DNA of 64,000 bases. Origin: Blasia pusilla (Eukaryota). Shown here piece by piece: positions 1 through 14,300 of the stretch (position 1 is the first letter of the stretch; every line of letters starts with the position of its first letter). The stretch lies in assembly GCA_050084515.1 (NCBI GenBank), contig CM114271.1, positions 40,238,001 through 40,302,000 of the forward strand. The letters are read 5' to 3'. Both the position numbers and the translations under genes were made by a program. Below the pieces are notes generated by a model. It was not told where the DNA came from, searched no databases, and saw only the letters and a program-made list of their open reading frames with translations.

Positions 1-3000
1 TAAGAGAACACCGGATGGCAAAATCTCACGCACTCTCAAGATGGTGCGCCCTGCATTCATATCCAATGTCGTGGATGCCGTCTGCTGCAAGTAGACATAA
101 TCTCCTTGATGAAACCTCTGGATAGTAGGTCGATAACCACCTCCCGGTATAGTTGCATATCTCAATGTATCTCGATGCTGCGCAATCGCCAAGTTCTCAA
201 ATGCCATGGGCATCACTCTTCGAAACAATTCAGCCCTCTGAGAACATGCTCGCATCCATACATCAAGGTCATCAAGGTTCAACATCTCACCAACATCTCG
301 ACGAATGGCCACAGGTAAATCTGGCTCTCGGCCATACAAAAGCAAGTACGGTGAGAAAGACGCTAAGGATTCCTGCTTGTTGAATCTGTATCCCATTGCT
401 AACCACGGAAATTGGAAGTCCCAATCTCCTAGATGACTTCTCTGCAAGCCATATTTGCGTAATTCTCTCTTCACCGTCTGCACAACCCCCTCCGCTAGTC
501 CATCCGCCTCAAGATGATCTCGCGAAGTAGTACGGTGGTCGATGAGTGTCTGATCACCCAAGGCTTGAAACTCCTCGCGGAACTATGTATCTTGTTCTGT
601 CAACACCTCAGCTGGTGCGCCGTAATGACTCAACACCCGATCTAAGAAGGCATACGCTACTTCCTCACTCGCTTTATCACGCAATGCAACCAACTCTATC
701 CACTTGGAGAAGTGCTCAACCATCACCAACACATAACGACTATGGCGCTCTGTCAAAGGTAAAGGTCTTGCAAAATCCAAACTCTATCAATAACCTAAAC
801 GCGTGATCAGAAGTGGATGAAATTGTGGAGTTGGAGCATTGAACGATGCCAAGACTCGATCACACACCACGCATCTTGCAACAAAGTGCTACATGTCAAT
901 CTGCATGCCTCGCCACCAATACTGAATTTGGAGCAAGCTATACATCCGCTTCACTCCATAATGACCCAACTCCTCATTGGCATGACGCACCAAATGTGCT
1001 CTCTATAAAGGATGAGGCACTACACGCACTCTACCATCCTTCCATACTCAAAACATATGTGTCCCCTCCCACCAGAACCATCTGGCTCGCTGTAGGATCC
1101 AATCTTGCTCTCTAGCTCCCACTATGCTCGCAACGCTGCTAGTACGCAAGTACTCCAAGACTACTCCATCATCGTGAATATCTCGGCCATCTGTCGTCTC
1201 CTCATCGGCCTCTGGATCTAAGGACTCTCCATCAAATCTTGCCATCAAAGTCTCAACAACCTGGCTCTCCATAGCCAAAAAGCCCAAATAGGCTGACACG
1301 TGCCATCTTGGCACCAACTCCTCATCACTCTCTCCATGCCAACGAGCTCCAGTCGCATCTTGCTAACTCGGGCATAGGTTACGGCTCAAACCAACTGCAT
1401 CATGGTTGAGCATCCGAGGTCTATGCACCACTTGGAAGTCATACTCGTGCAACAAAAGAGCCCACCTCACGAGCTTCCTTGTAAGCTTGTCGGACTCCAT
1501 CAACCACTTAAATGGAAAATGATCAATAATGATGGTAAAGGGATTTTGGAATAGATAACATCCGAAATGTGCAACAACCCACACTGCAGCCAAGCACTCA
1601 TCCTCAAACGAGCTATACTTTGCCTCTGCAGCGTTTTTTGAGCAACTAGCGTAAGCCACCATGAACTCTCTACCATCATCGTCATGCTGAGTGAGCACGA
1701 CTCCAAGCCCCAAAATGCTCCAATCGGTATGCAACTGGAAAGGACGCCCCCTGATCGGTCTCCTCAATATGGGCACGGGCGTCAATCTATCCTTGAGCAT
1801 CTGAAATGCTCTCTCATGCTTATCCTCCCAGTGCCACTCATGATCCACCTTGGTCAGCAAGGTCAGTGGTTTCACAATCGAGCTGAAACCCTTGACGTAC
1901 CGTCGATAGAAGTTGGCCAATCCCATGAATATACGAACTCGACTCACATTTGTAGGGCGTAGAATGCGTGAAATAGCCTCTACCTTCGTCTGCTACATCC
2001 CATGGCCCCTTGGGTATATCGTATGACCTAGGTACTCAATCTGGTCGTAGAAGAACTTGCACTTGCTTGGATGTAACTTCAGCCCACGTAACTGCAATCG
2101 TCGAAACACCTCCTCTAGATGTCCCTCATGCTCCTCAACCATGGCGCTAAAGACTACAATATCATCTATATAATACCTAGCAAAATCCAGACCTGCCAAG
2201 ATCCTATCATGACCCTGTGAAACTCAGCCGCGGCATTCTTTAACCCAAATGGTAAGAACTGCCTCTAGTACAAACAATCCTTTCCATGAGGATTGATGCC
2301 CCAAAATGCCGTCTTCTGCCTGTCCTCCAATCTGATAGGCAGCTAATGGTATTCGGCTTGAAGATCTAACGAATTGAAGACCTTTGCATGCCTAATAGCA
2401 TCAAAGATCTCCTCAAAAGTGGGCATGGCATACCTATCGGACTTCATCTGCCGATTGATAGGTTAGTTATCTCCACACATCCACCTATCAATCCAGTTGC
2501 CATGCACATCCTTCTTGGTGGGCATGACAATGGCAGATGCATAATCTCCATGCGACATCTCCACTAGTCCTGCTCCAACCAAGTCTTGGCTCCTACTCTG
2601 AATCAAAGCCCTTTCCATGTCATTGTACCTGTAGGGTCTTCGGAAGATTGGCGTGTCACTTGACAATGCAATGCGGATCCCTGGATCCTTCAGCGTACCC
2701 AAATCATGCATACTAAATGCAAAACAACGCCTATAACTCGTAAGGAATTGGTGTATCTGGTGTTGCTCTCCTCTTGTCAACTTAGGGCCCATATCTGGTT
2801 ATCAAGTCTCCATTGTGACTATGGTAGGACTCTCCAGTGCGTGTGTCGGTGGTTGCTATGGTGCAACCCCGTCTCGGACAACAGAACTCGACTGCTCTCA
2901 ACAGCCAACTGCAAAATCGGATCTCTATGTGCAGTACCCGGAACCACGCTGGATGCTATGGCTACCATCTCCTAGCGTACCTGCAAAACATCCCGAGAAG

Positions 3001-3136
3001 TCCAAGGGTGTCTCTCCCGATCACTCTCGATGTGTCGATCTCCTTAGGTCTCGCCCCCAGCCACTGCCTCAACGGTCTTGGTAGGCATGGGGCTCACCAA
3101 CACAAATGCTATGATCTGTCGCATCTTCAAACGATG

Positions 3137-3631
3137 CTACTGAGCTACTTCTAAGTTGAAAATCCTTGTCAAGTAGTTCAGGTCCATCTCCTGACCCAAG
3201 ACATGACGTCGTGATGCCTCTGATAGTGACGGTACTATCGTCTCTCCTGTGGAGAATCCCATCGCTCGGTCTTGCTCATCGGCATTGGGCTCCACAAACC
3301 TTTGTGTCTGGTCATCCCAAACCAAACCAATTTTGGGCTCCTTGAATGCATACAAAGTGGGAAAACTCACCAATGTGGAAAATGCTGCCGGTGGCATGCC
3401 AATCCTGTTGACCACAGTCAACGAAGATCGATCATTTTGCCTCACTGCCTGTGATAGACGGCCCGGATCCAATATAGAATCCACCAACAAATTGGAGGGA
3501 CGCTCCACTCTTGCATAAGCCCTCCGAAACACCTCGTGTGGCACCAAGTTGGTCCACCAAAGACGCGGGCAATGTGCTCGTGAACCCACACTCGCGGTAG
3601 CCAACAAAACTACCGAGCCGATCCATGCGTG
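3137..3631 (-). pseudogene. C-terminal half of the element-borne C5 cytosine methyltransferase (motifs VIII-X)
   Basis: AHCPRLWWTNL, DRAMGFSTGET and RRHVLGQEMD. Motifs I-VI are absent relative to copy 2. Confidence 0.85.
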
Positions 3632-6600
3632 TCAAAGCTCCTCAGTCAAGCCCCAAAGTGGCACCTCTCCTTCACGGACTGATGCGGCTACCATGACACA
3701 CCTCTCCATAGAAATGTCACAAACAAGAGTATCATTTGCATGGACATGTCCCTCAATCAAATCACTAGGCCAAGTGATGGCATTTCTAAATGCTGCTAAG
3801 GTCGCCATCTCTCCTAGCAGTCGCTCGATCATTGCACCTTTGAATCGAATGGGTAATGAGCTAAGGCGCTCATCACCTGAAAGCTATCTTGGTCTATAGG
3901 ACATTGACTCCTCCCAGTAATCCAGGAGAAACCCCATGGGGTATAACACTGCTCCCAACCAAGACGTTGTATGATTCTGCATCAGTCACTATCGCCTTGG
4001 CTTGCACCACGGACTCATCTGTAGGATGTCTTGGATGAATCCTCACCATGACCTCATGTTAGGTGATATACTGTGTGATACTCACTCCACCCAAGGATGT
4101 CTATATCCGGAATGGACAACACTCCACATCGGCTCTCGTCAAGCCCAATACTCTGAATGACGCTTTCCCCAACATCAGGGGTTGCGCTCCTGAATCCAAC
4201 AAGATGCATTATGGACTAAAAAATCTACCTCCAGGACTCACCAACTAGAAGACCTCTTCCCAGTTATCCAAAAACTCAACACCAGGAGAAGCCATGGCAC
4301 GCTCTATCACGGGTCTAGCGGGCATCTCCGCCATCCTAGCAGCCGCAACCTGCCATGAATCTGACGTGGACGGCTCGAGCATCCACTCCAAGGGCAGGTC
4401 CATCACCTCCTCTGCAATCACCTCTGAACGTGATGCAAGAATTCCAACTCCATGCTCACATAGTGTAGCGGCCAGTCGGAACACCTTGGCAGGCGTACCT
4501 CCCAATGTTATAACATCGAAAGCAGAAAATAGCGGAGCACAATACACGATCGTGGCCGCCCCCAACATCGTACTCAACACATGCTCCTCATGATCATCAG
4601 AAATAAGAGTCATCCCACTTGTTTCTCCCATTGCCCTCCGTGCCTGCACACCAATAACATCACCAACTCTCCATGAACTCTGATCATGACCCATCGATGG
4701 GGTCCTCATCGCCTCAGACAACGTGAAAGACTGAGGAAGCCTGGCTTCCCCCCGTTGTGGATCCAACTATGCGCTGCTCCATGCGTCATAACTTCAACGA
4801 ACTCCATGTAGGCAACCCCTGACATCCAACCAGTATCCTCCATATCTCTGGCTGCTCCATATGATGTCGATGCCACAGATCCGACATCGGGTAACCTCAA
4901 TGCCATAGCGGCAATCTGCTCATGTAGCTGCTATATCTGAGCAACCATCCCAGCCTCACGCCCGGTGTCTACCTCAACGCGTCTAGGTGGTGGGACTCTA
5001 CCTCCTCCATGGGCAACTCTACTACCCTGTTTGGAAACTCTAGCTCCTCGTCTCCCAAGGGGACCACATGGTGCACGACCTCTAGGCCCACCCGAATCGG
5101 CTACTAGCTCTGGTGCCCTCTTTGGCCCTCGTTTCGGACATAACTTAGGGTGTAAACTGAAGCACCTAGCACATGTGTGACCATACCTCTGACAATAGTC
5201 ACATTGCTAACCTCCTGGTGCAGGACCATCTCCTCCTCCATGCTGAGGCACACGTCCATGACCCTGACGAGTGCAATCACGTTGATGATGGGCTCCACCA
5301 TATGACCAACAAGTAATCGTAGGCGGATGCTGTTGAGCCGCATATGAAGGCGCATGTCTTTGTGGCATGGGCTCCTGGTATCCTTTCAAAGCTTGTGGTG
5401 CCACACTCGACCTATCTCGGAGTCCACGTTGCTGCATGGTGGTGCAGGCAATTGTGACTGCTCTCGCCCAGAACCCATGGTGGCTACGTTCTCCTCCGCC
5501 ATGTTACGCTCAATGTTCTCAATGGTCCTAAAAACATCTCTCAACGTAGGGGAGGTGTTCATAAGAAGCACCCCGTCCCGCACCCGTGGCCGCACGGTCT
5601 GATCCAACATCGCGTACCATGATTGGATAGCCTGAGCCTCTGTTACCCCTTGATTGACGTTGATCAACCGGCGCAAGCGAGTGTAAGCCTCACACAAACT
5701 CTCACCCAGGCGCCTCTGGAAGTCGTGAATGCTCCACAACTTCTCCGTCCGTACCCCTGGTAGCTCGCCCTTAACTCAGCAAAGAACTCAACCACGGGGT
5801 TGAATGTGGGACGAACCCGACTAGATGGTGCAACTACTCCAGTGCAAGTGATCCCTCCTAAAACATCACTAGTGGAAGAGGAAGTAGCCTCTCTTGACTC
5901 CTCCTCCTCATCTGGGAATGGCTCCATCCATGACACATAGTGTGGGTCATAGTAGAGTCGCCATGCCTCAATCTCTTGGGCATATCTGTGGGAGAACTCA
6001 TTGTAATCGTCCATGGGCGCCCCGTCTAAATGCTGGAACATATCATTCCATGTTGTAAACGGGTAGAACTCTCTAGAGTTCCTAGCCTGTTGTAAGTCAC
6101 AACAACTTTAAACTCCGCGATGAAGTCGTGCAACTCTATTGTGCCTACTGCATCTGAGAACCTACGCGGTCCTCTACCTTGGTCGTCCATCTCGTACACC
6201 CAAGAAGTAGGACTACTCAATGTGAGTGGCAAAGCACTACTCAACTCCTCTACACCCTCCTCCTTGTTTGAAGATGACACAGAAGGAGGTCGAGGTGGTG
6301 CTGCACGTGGAGACCCTTGAAACCTAGCGCCACTCTAGGTAAACCCTCTAGAGCTACTCTTTGGTCCACCATCTCGCCTCTCAAAGTCTCGAAAGGACGC
6401 CGTGATGACCCTCGTGTCCCCCTCGCACCTTCACTCTCAACCTCTCGAGTAATCATGCAATCACTCAATCTAACATGCGGCACTCAAGCTACACTCTCTC
6501 ATTGAGACGTGTGTTGTGCGGCAACAAGCGGCGTAGTGCGGCAAATAAACTAATCTATAGTCTCATCGACAAACCATCCTCAACTTTGGACATCCCACAC

Positions 6601-7998
6601 AGGTCTATGTCCCCTCAACCCATACATCATCAATGCTCTCAACATCAACACAAAACCCAATATCCCAAATAACTTCCCAATACCCTGAATTCCCTCACAC
6701 GTGCAGGGTAAGAGATCAAAATGGGTAACCTGACAATAATGTCGATGTCGGTCCTCGGCAACTGCAAATCTTGACCCCAACTCAGTCGTGAAGACAACTC
6801 CTCCAATGAGCAAGTTGTAATCCTCTCATACTTACACCGCTCAAACCTCCACAATATGCGATGCGGATCCAGCGGTACGGTGCGGCACTGGCGGCACGGA
6901 ATGGCTACAGATTGGCACGACACTCGATAATGGGATACGGCATTCTGCGACATATCCTCCTCAATCAGCAATACACACGCTCTGCTCCTTAGTGAAGGAG
7001 CGGCTTTGCGATCGAGACGGTGCAGTGCAGCCATGACGCGGAATTCGGCGGTGCGTTGCGGCTATGGGCGTCACGGCACGGTACTCGATCGTCGTCGAGC
7101 GGCTACCAATCACAACATAGCAGAATGAAATGAAAACTCAAACACATAACCCGAGGTCGCGTGCCATTACTCCTTGATGACGAAATTGTGATGACAATGG
7201 CGGATACAAAAAAGTATGTGGTGGCGGCGCAAGTCAGAGAATCAACGGTCGTCATGGAAGACCGTCCCCGTAATGGTGGCAATGGCAACCAACGGTGGAC
7301 AACGTCCGGACACAGCTCTCAGTGGCGGTAGGCGGTGGTGGACCGTTGACGGTGACGGTGGAGCATTGATTGTGATGGTGGACGGTTGACGGTGATGGTT
7401 GAGTGTTGATGGAGGACCGTTGAAGGAGACGGCCGCCGCCGGCGCGACGGCTGATTTAGGGTTTGAAAAATTTTACCCTAAATGCCTTACAATGGTATTT
7501 TTTCAAAATTGGCCATAACTTTATGCTCGTAGTTCCAAATCATGCAATGTCTATTGCATACCATGCACAACGTCATGATCTATGATGGCGTAAAAAAATA
7601 TTTTGAATTGGAGCTTCCAATAAAAACTGATGGGGACTGTTGTAAATCCCAATGTCTCTTCTCCTACAGAAATTGTGGCGGTGCTTCTGCGCTGATTTCT
7701 CCCAACAAAAATGTAAAACCTGTGAAAGTACAAATCAGCAAGCTACATGATGCTCCCAAGAGCACCGGCATGGGGCAACCTACTCCACAATCAATCCCTA
7801 TTAGAAATTGGGCAGTGCTTCCGTGTGCCACTCTCACACAGGAAAAATCGGCACACAAACGTCAAATAGCGCGGCTCTTGCTCCGGTGAGCACTCCCATG
7901 AGCCATGAAGTGGGGAACACGGTCCCTAACCTGCACCAAACATTGAGCAACCATCGAGCTCCCCCGTGAAGCTCTCTCACCCTCTCATTCTCTCTTTG

Positions 7999-8475
7999 TA
8001 AAATAAGGTGAAATCTCTCTCACAACACCATATCATCTCACATGTGTGCACTCTCACATGTCTCTCTCAATGTCAAACCAAATCCACTCTCCTAATGAGA
8101 GGCTTGGGTTACACTCACAAGGCAAGGGACCATAGCTCGGCCGCCTCGTGCCAAGAGGTTCAACAAAGAAAGAATGATCTCTCAAGCTCTCTCCATGGTA
8201 ACCTATGCTCCCAAGTCACCTCCTTGGCTCTTGACATGATATAGGAGATCAAGGGCCACTTCCCAAAATATAATTTTGACCATATACTCAAAACGGTATA
8301 TACCTAAAATAGTAAGTTCTTCAATATGGCTCCAAATGAGCCGAAACGAAGGGGAAACCTGCTCTCTCAAGTTTCCCGAGGCGTCAAAAGGTCATCTTGA
8401 CCTCGTGAGCATGTCCTCTACTACTCGCGAAGGCGATCTACTAGATCTCAATGACTTATCCTAAAAGACGTGACA
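7999..8475 (-). repeat. 5' terminal repeat A1 of copy 1
   Basis: Reverse complement runs TGTCACGTCTTTTAGGATA...CTTATTTTA and matches 14301-14788 and 23654-24187. Confidence 0.9.
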
Positions 8476-9372
8476 TCCTCGACGTGAGGGGATTTAGGTC
8501 TAATACATGATGACAAATACTTGCCGTAGTATATTCTTGGAAGGCTCAATTGTAGAAAGACAAACCTCTCCAAGCCTCCCCTTGGGATATACCCCTGTCC
8601 AAGACCTTAAGAAGGTAACTTCTTAGATAAAACTGTCATACCCATAAAACGGACATGGTCCTAATATGCGTCTCCCGTGGAAAACTTGCAAGAACTATCT
8701 CAAATATGATGCAATTTATGTATTTAGTAATTATTTTAGGTTTCATATTACTAAATTAAGTTCTAAAAAATAGTGATGGTCTTATGATACCCTACAACAT
8801 GATTTTGACCTAGTTGTGTGACTCATGACCCATCCCACACTTATGGATCATTTTCGGCCATTTTCCATACATCTTAAAGTTGGTCCCACACATATTCTCG
8901 AAACAAGACAACGTATACCTTCAGTTTTGGATCACCATTCAATCTAGTATGTGTCCTTGGTCCCACTTATGCAGATTATTTCCAATTTTTGACACACAAC
9001 ACCATGCACATTGATTTTTATGTCGTTGTGCCACCTAGGATTGGCCCTGAATCCCACATATGAAGATAATTTCTAACGTAGGTCTTATGAATTTCAAAGT
9101 TGGTCCACATTCTAGTATCGTTTGCAACTCTACCCCTTCTACTAAACGATTTGTTTTTAATTATTACAAAATTTCCTCTTGATTTTTGAGCACTTCTCCT
9201 ATCTACATCTAACAATTTATGTGAATGAGTTCTTGATACATGTCCTTAATTTGGGATGATTTGGAGCACAAGTTAAAGAGGTTAGTCATGTGAGGGTCAA
9301 CTTTGGGGACCATTGAAGTACGATCAATTAAGGTAATATGATGGGTAATTCAAATTACCCAGAATTAGTTAT

Positions 9373-9399
9373 CCTGTGCATTGCACAAGTGTCCACTAG
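9373..9399 (+). mobile_element. Helitron-type 3' terminus
   Basis: Hairpin TGTGCA-T-TGCACA, then CTAG (9396-9399) followed by T. Confidence 0.55.
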
Positions 9400-10499
9400 T
9401 TTTTGTACATCCCATTTGATCTTGAACCGTCCTTGGTGTATGAGTTGTGGAAATTGAAGCAAGTTACATTCTTATGACCATCCTTGATGATTGGTCATTA
9501 AATTGATTTCATTGCTTATAAAATACATCCCTATATTGTTTACAATGACACTATAAAAGAACCTCCATGGGAGTATGCTAGAAGTGTCAAGAGTTCCTCT
9601 CCTTTCCTCTGCTTTGGCTCTCAACTTACGAATCTTTTTAAGTTTATCGATCGACGAGACTCTTCAAGCATAATTTGCAAACCAACACCTTACATTGTGG
9701 CATTTTCAAATTTTCCTCCGCCCAATCTCATTTTTGATGGGATGCCACCATTTTTGCTCCTCTCCTCTCCTATACCTTTGTTGGAACATTTTCAAACTTT
9801 CCTCCGTCCCATCACATTTTCCACCATTTCTGCTCGGCTTCTACACCTTCCATTGGAAAGTTTTCAAACTCCCCTTGTTGTTTGCATTGGGATGTTGGGA
9901 TTTCTACTCCTCTCCTCTACCACCTCTTACCTTCTAGCTAGTGGTATCTCCTCTTCTCCGTTTTCAATGGGATGCCATGATTTAAGGCCGGGTTCCATGC
10001 ATTGGAGGTTGCGACGACCATAGTGGATTACCAACTTTTCTGAACCAAAAAATTGTCCGTTGTCACGGCGACCTTGAGTGATGAATGTACGATAGTAATT
10101 GTGAATTACTGATTTTTCTTCTTCCATTGCCTATTGGAAGAATGTTTTGGGCACAAACATGAGCTTGCGGCTAAGAGTCAAGTCGATCCTGTGGACATCA
10201 ATAGAGGTCGTGGCAATCTCATTTCTGAGCCCAATTTATATTTCCGATTGAAAATCCAAGAAAACACATCGATTATTTGTAGTAACAATTAGACATGTAT
10301 TACTAAGGGTCGCGAGGATGTTGGACAGTTTCTGCGCCCAAAAGTTGTTGGTGTAGAAAAACTGGCGACCCTTGATAGTTCCATGGATGGGAGGTCCTCC
10401 TGTCCATGGGACCCGATTCTTACTCTCCTCTCCTCTCCTCTCTTTTGCTTTGGCTCTAAGGATAATGAGGTTGTTGGCACCGCTATTCTAGCTAGGGGG

Positions 10500-11002
10500 C
10501 ATGGAGTTCAGCTGGATTGTGGTTAGCCTCTAATGAGCCCGTCTCAGTTTGTCGACGTCTCTAATCTAGTAGCGAGACATGGGGTTTAGCAGAATCATCG
10601 TCCGCCTCGAGTGAGTCCGTCCCACTTTGTGGGTTTCAATGATTTAGCGTAGAGATATGGGGTTTAGTGGCATCATCTCCGTCTCCGATGAGCCCATCCG
10701 AATTGGAGGGTGACGCCAATCTGGCGTGGAGGCAAGGTGTTCAACGACATTGTCATCGTCCTCCACTGAACCCATCCGATCTTTTCAGTAACTCTATTCA
10801 AGTGCGGAGGTGGGGAGTTGAGCGGCATCTTCGTCGGCCTACAATCAGCCCCATCCAAGTTTATCGACGACCCTATTCTAGAACAGAGGTATAGAGTTTA
10901 GCAGCCTCGTTGGCATTCTCTCATGAGCCCATTTGAGTTTGTCACCTCACCTATTCTAGAGCGGAGGTAGGGAGCTTAGTGGTCTCTTCGGCGTCCTCTA
11001 AC
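10500..11002 (+). repeat. Degenerate tandem repeat, ~78-bp period, ~6.5 copies, probably a decayed 26-aa coding repeat
   Basis: Recurring GGNGTTTAGC...GAGCCCATCCGAGTTTGTC...CTATTCTAG...GAGG units start near 10501, 10579, 10657, 10734, 10812, 10890 and 10968. Related units recur at 25135-25255. Confidence 0.75.
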
Positions 11003-11591
11003 CAAGGTTGAGGAATTTTTTTACGAGAGGGGGTAAATTTATGGTAGGTGGTTAAATGTATCGATAATTTGAAATTTTTAACCGATTTAAAAAGGTTGCA
11101 TCTGGAATCCCCGGTAAATTTCCGGGTGATTTTTAATTCTCAGTAATTTTCCAAATTTTTAATTTTTTCCCATAGTCCATTTCTGCTCATCATGTTATTT
11201 GGCTGATATTTGGTCTTTTGGAAAATCAACCGGAATTTTTTTCCAGTCTCTATCGGACTTCATTTTCTACTTGTAAAGCAAATAATTTCAGCCTTTTTTG
11301 GGACTAAGTCATGCTTGGCAAGAATTGAACCTGGCTAGGCCTCTTATCAATTCGGAGCCAAGGATCTTTCCCCTCCATAATACATTGAAGCTTTTTAAGA
11401 GAAGCTTCAATGTATTACAAAAGGGATCCCCATCCCCAACTTTCTCCCCTCATCTTACACATCCATAATAACTTCACTTGGGTCTAAAGTATCTAAATTT
11501 ACACAAACCTATGGTGGAATTTCTATATTAGAAACATATCTCTCAGGATTGGCATACACATACCTAAAGTGTGTTGAATTTTTCTAAAGAA

Positions 11592-13683
11592 CTACAGATT
11601 CAACCAAAAAGCTTCATAATCATCCATTTTCCCCTCTAAGGCAATCCTAAGAACAACATCCAAATGTTTTTTCATTAATCTATTCCTACTTTTAGTCTTA
11701 ATCACATTATGAACAGAGAAGGATCTCTCACAAATAGTAGTACTAACATATTGTACCCTAGCAATGTTGGCTAAAATGAGCAAGTTAGAGAAATTATATT
11801 GCAAGGATGGGCCCCAACTTACCATAGCCCATAAGTTGTTGAAGTTTCGATCTTTCCACTTTATGGTGGCAATGAGCTTAAATGATTGAAACTCTTGTTT
11901 CACAACTCCTACACTCACTAAAGAAGGCTGCAAGTGACCTTTGAAGGATAAATCCCTTCCAAAATGTGCACAAAGGTCATCCAATTCCTTACAACCCCAA
12001 CTTTTTAGTCCCACTTGCCTTGAAGGCATATGTACAGGATTCATTATCCTCATAACACTAATAAAATTGTTAACCTTGAACCAATATTGTAAAGCTACCG
12101 TAAACACTCTCAGCAAATTTTTTTTGAAATAATAAGGCAGCCTCTAGATCCTTCTCCATCCGATCCCTCAATATTTCTGTGTTATGGAACTTTCGGCCCC
12201 TAATTTCAAATTGTAAACGTTTCAAATACTCCCATGGAGGACCAAAGTTGGGTAGAATATGATAACCTGTTGCTTCAGAGAAAGTAGAAGCACTCAAATC
12301 AGGGTTCTCCATCACAAAATTCATTGTTGTGGAAGCTATTTCAGAAGTCACAATACTACCTATGGTACTAGCATCTACAAACTTATATTGAAACACCTTA
12401 TTTAAGTTAGCAAGAAGAAACAAAATTTCTGCCAAAAATACAGTTGATAGATCATTGGAAATGATCTCAGTTTGTCATATAAATTGGCAATATTACCATC
12501 ATCTTTAGAGGAGGAGATATCTCTCAAATATGTAAGGAAGGATTCCAATGAGTCACATAGAGTAGTAACAACCTGTAAACGTGATAACCAGAGAATTTTA
12601 TGATACCTCCTCATCACCTTCTTAGAATCGTTCAACCTCTCTTGCAAAGTTGCAAGACCATAATTCCTCTTAGAAGACCTTCTAAAATATCTAGCTAGCG
12701 CTATTGCATTCAAGATTGAATGTACTTCTATAGATAAATCTTTACACTCTACACCTGTTGCTGTTGTTAAAGCAGCGATGTTTGTCCTACGCGCCACACA
12801 ATCCACAGACAACATAAATTGATTTACCTTTTTTTTCAACTGAGAGACTACTCCATTCTGACTTCCTACCATAGTGGAAGCTCTATCATATCCAAAGGCT
12901 ACCATTTTTGAGTCCTGAATCCTTTATCAACTCCAACAAATTGTTAGTGATTGCATTTGAATATTTCTCTGGACATTGTAGCAATCCTATAAAAGAACTC
13001 TTCACCTGACCCATCTAAGGAGGTTGCAAAGACAACGAGGTGTCCAGTAACAAATATATCTATGGACTCGTCAATCATTATCCCAAAGAAAGGAGATTGT
13101 TGCACTTTAGAAAGGTTCCTCCTAAGAAGAACCTGGCTAATATAATAACACATATCAGCACAACTTTTTCATCTTGGTACAAGTCATGGGTTTTAGGTGC
13201 ATTCACAGAAATCACTAACTTACATAGATTTGAGAACTTTGCAAATGGCAAGGCTTCCTTTGTAATGAAATATGCACATTTGAACAAAGTCAAAAGAGCA
13301 AGATCACAAGTCTGATTTCTAGTGGCTATAGCCTTGGCCATGGATCTGTTCCCTACATTCGCAGTCCATGCAAGCTTCATGTGTATGTTTGATTTACCAT
13401 GATCTTTGAAGGCCAAAACCTTACAGTTAATGGTGCCATCCCTAGCAAAGGAGCTTTTCCCCTTACCATGTCTACAAACTTTGCAAAAAATCCTACTAGA
13501 TTCTACATGTTCTATCCAATTGAACAAGGTATACCAAACATCCTTCCAAGCCAGTCTGTTTTTCTCACTACAACTTATCGAAGGGGTATTCGATTTGTCC
13601 CCTTCTCTCCCATGCAATGATCCTGATCTATTGCTATCCTCTGCAAAATCTTGACTAACTTCCTTATTTAGCATCTCATACAT
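11592..13683 (-). pseudogene. hAT-family transposase (ZNF862-like / DUF4371 type), frameshifted
   Basis: TTF-like zinc finger (W..W...F.WI...IFCKVC...H....H), FGIMIDES.D, GYDRASTMVG, C-terminal dimerisation motif STTICERSFS..N.IKTKSRNRL; split over five ORFs. Confidence 0.9.
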
Positions 13684-14300
13684 AATTCCTTGCTCGTAGC
13701 CATATAGAGGCTCAGAGATTTCAGAACTATGATGTAGATACTAAAATATGGTGTAAAAGACCTATTGTATTCTAAGTGCAAGATATTTGCAACAATGCTC
13801 TTCACTGAAGTAACCCAAACCCTAGGCTCAACCCTAAGAGAAACTATAAGCAAAGCCGTGCAAGCTGCACAACATAAACGTGTCACTTACTAGGTGCTAA
13901 AGAAATAAGGAAGCTCAAGGAGGTGTAGATCTGAAGCGTCTTGCAAACCTCAAAAGTTGGCTAGAAAAAAGTGGCAGATAATGCAATGTGTTATTGAACA
14001 CACTAAGATCTAGCATCAACATGCATGAAACATCGTCACGGGTGGAAAAGTAACTCCAAGAGGCTATGGGTGGCAAAGTAACTCCAACGGGCTACGAGGG
14101 AGGCTCCATGAAGACTCTCGGAGACATCCTAAGGTCCCTTATCGTGGCTCAGATTCATGTATAGATTGGAGAGTTCGGACACCAGAGCGGCGGAGACTAA
14201 AACCTGCAGCGGAGAGTGAACGAGGAAGCGCACAAACATGAAGATTTGAGCATGTAAGATGAATATAGCAAACCGAGCAGAGGAATGGAGATTATGAACT

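Larger units (their letters stand above)
1..8475 (-). mobile_element. Gypsy-like retrotransposon, copy 1 of the DNMT/PHD split-repeat family; decayed, 3' end beyond left edge
   Basis: Minus-strand fragments in order: gag (TCWSYGGAHHQRDC knuckle), protease (ILLDSGAQ), DNMT C-terminal half, RT (YIDDIVVF), RNaseH (LHTDWS), integrase (DFARPLP...TEQDT). Starts with repeat A (TGTCACG at 8475) and is colinear with 14301-24314. Confidence 0.93.

Noticed and set aside
7455-7485. Interstitial telomere
   Set aside because: Only single TTTAGGG-like units inside the retroelement leader, not an array.
10500-11002. CRISPR-like array
   Set aside because: The whole unit is degenerate with no constant repeat plus unique spacer; eukaryotic context with no cas genes.
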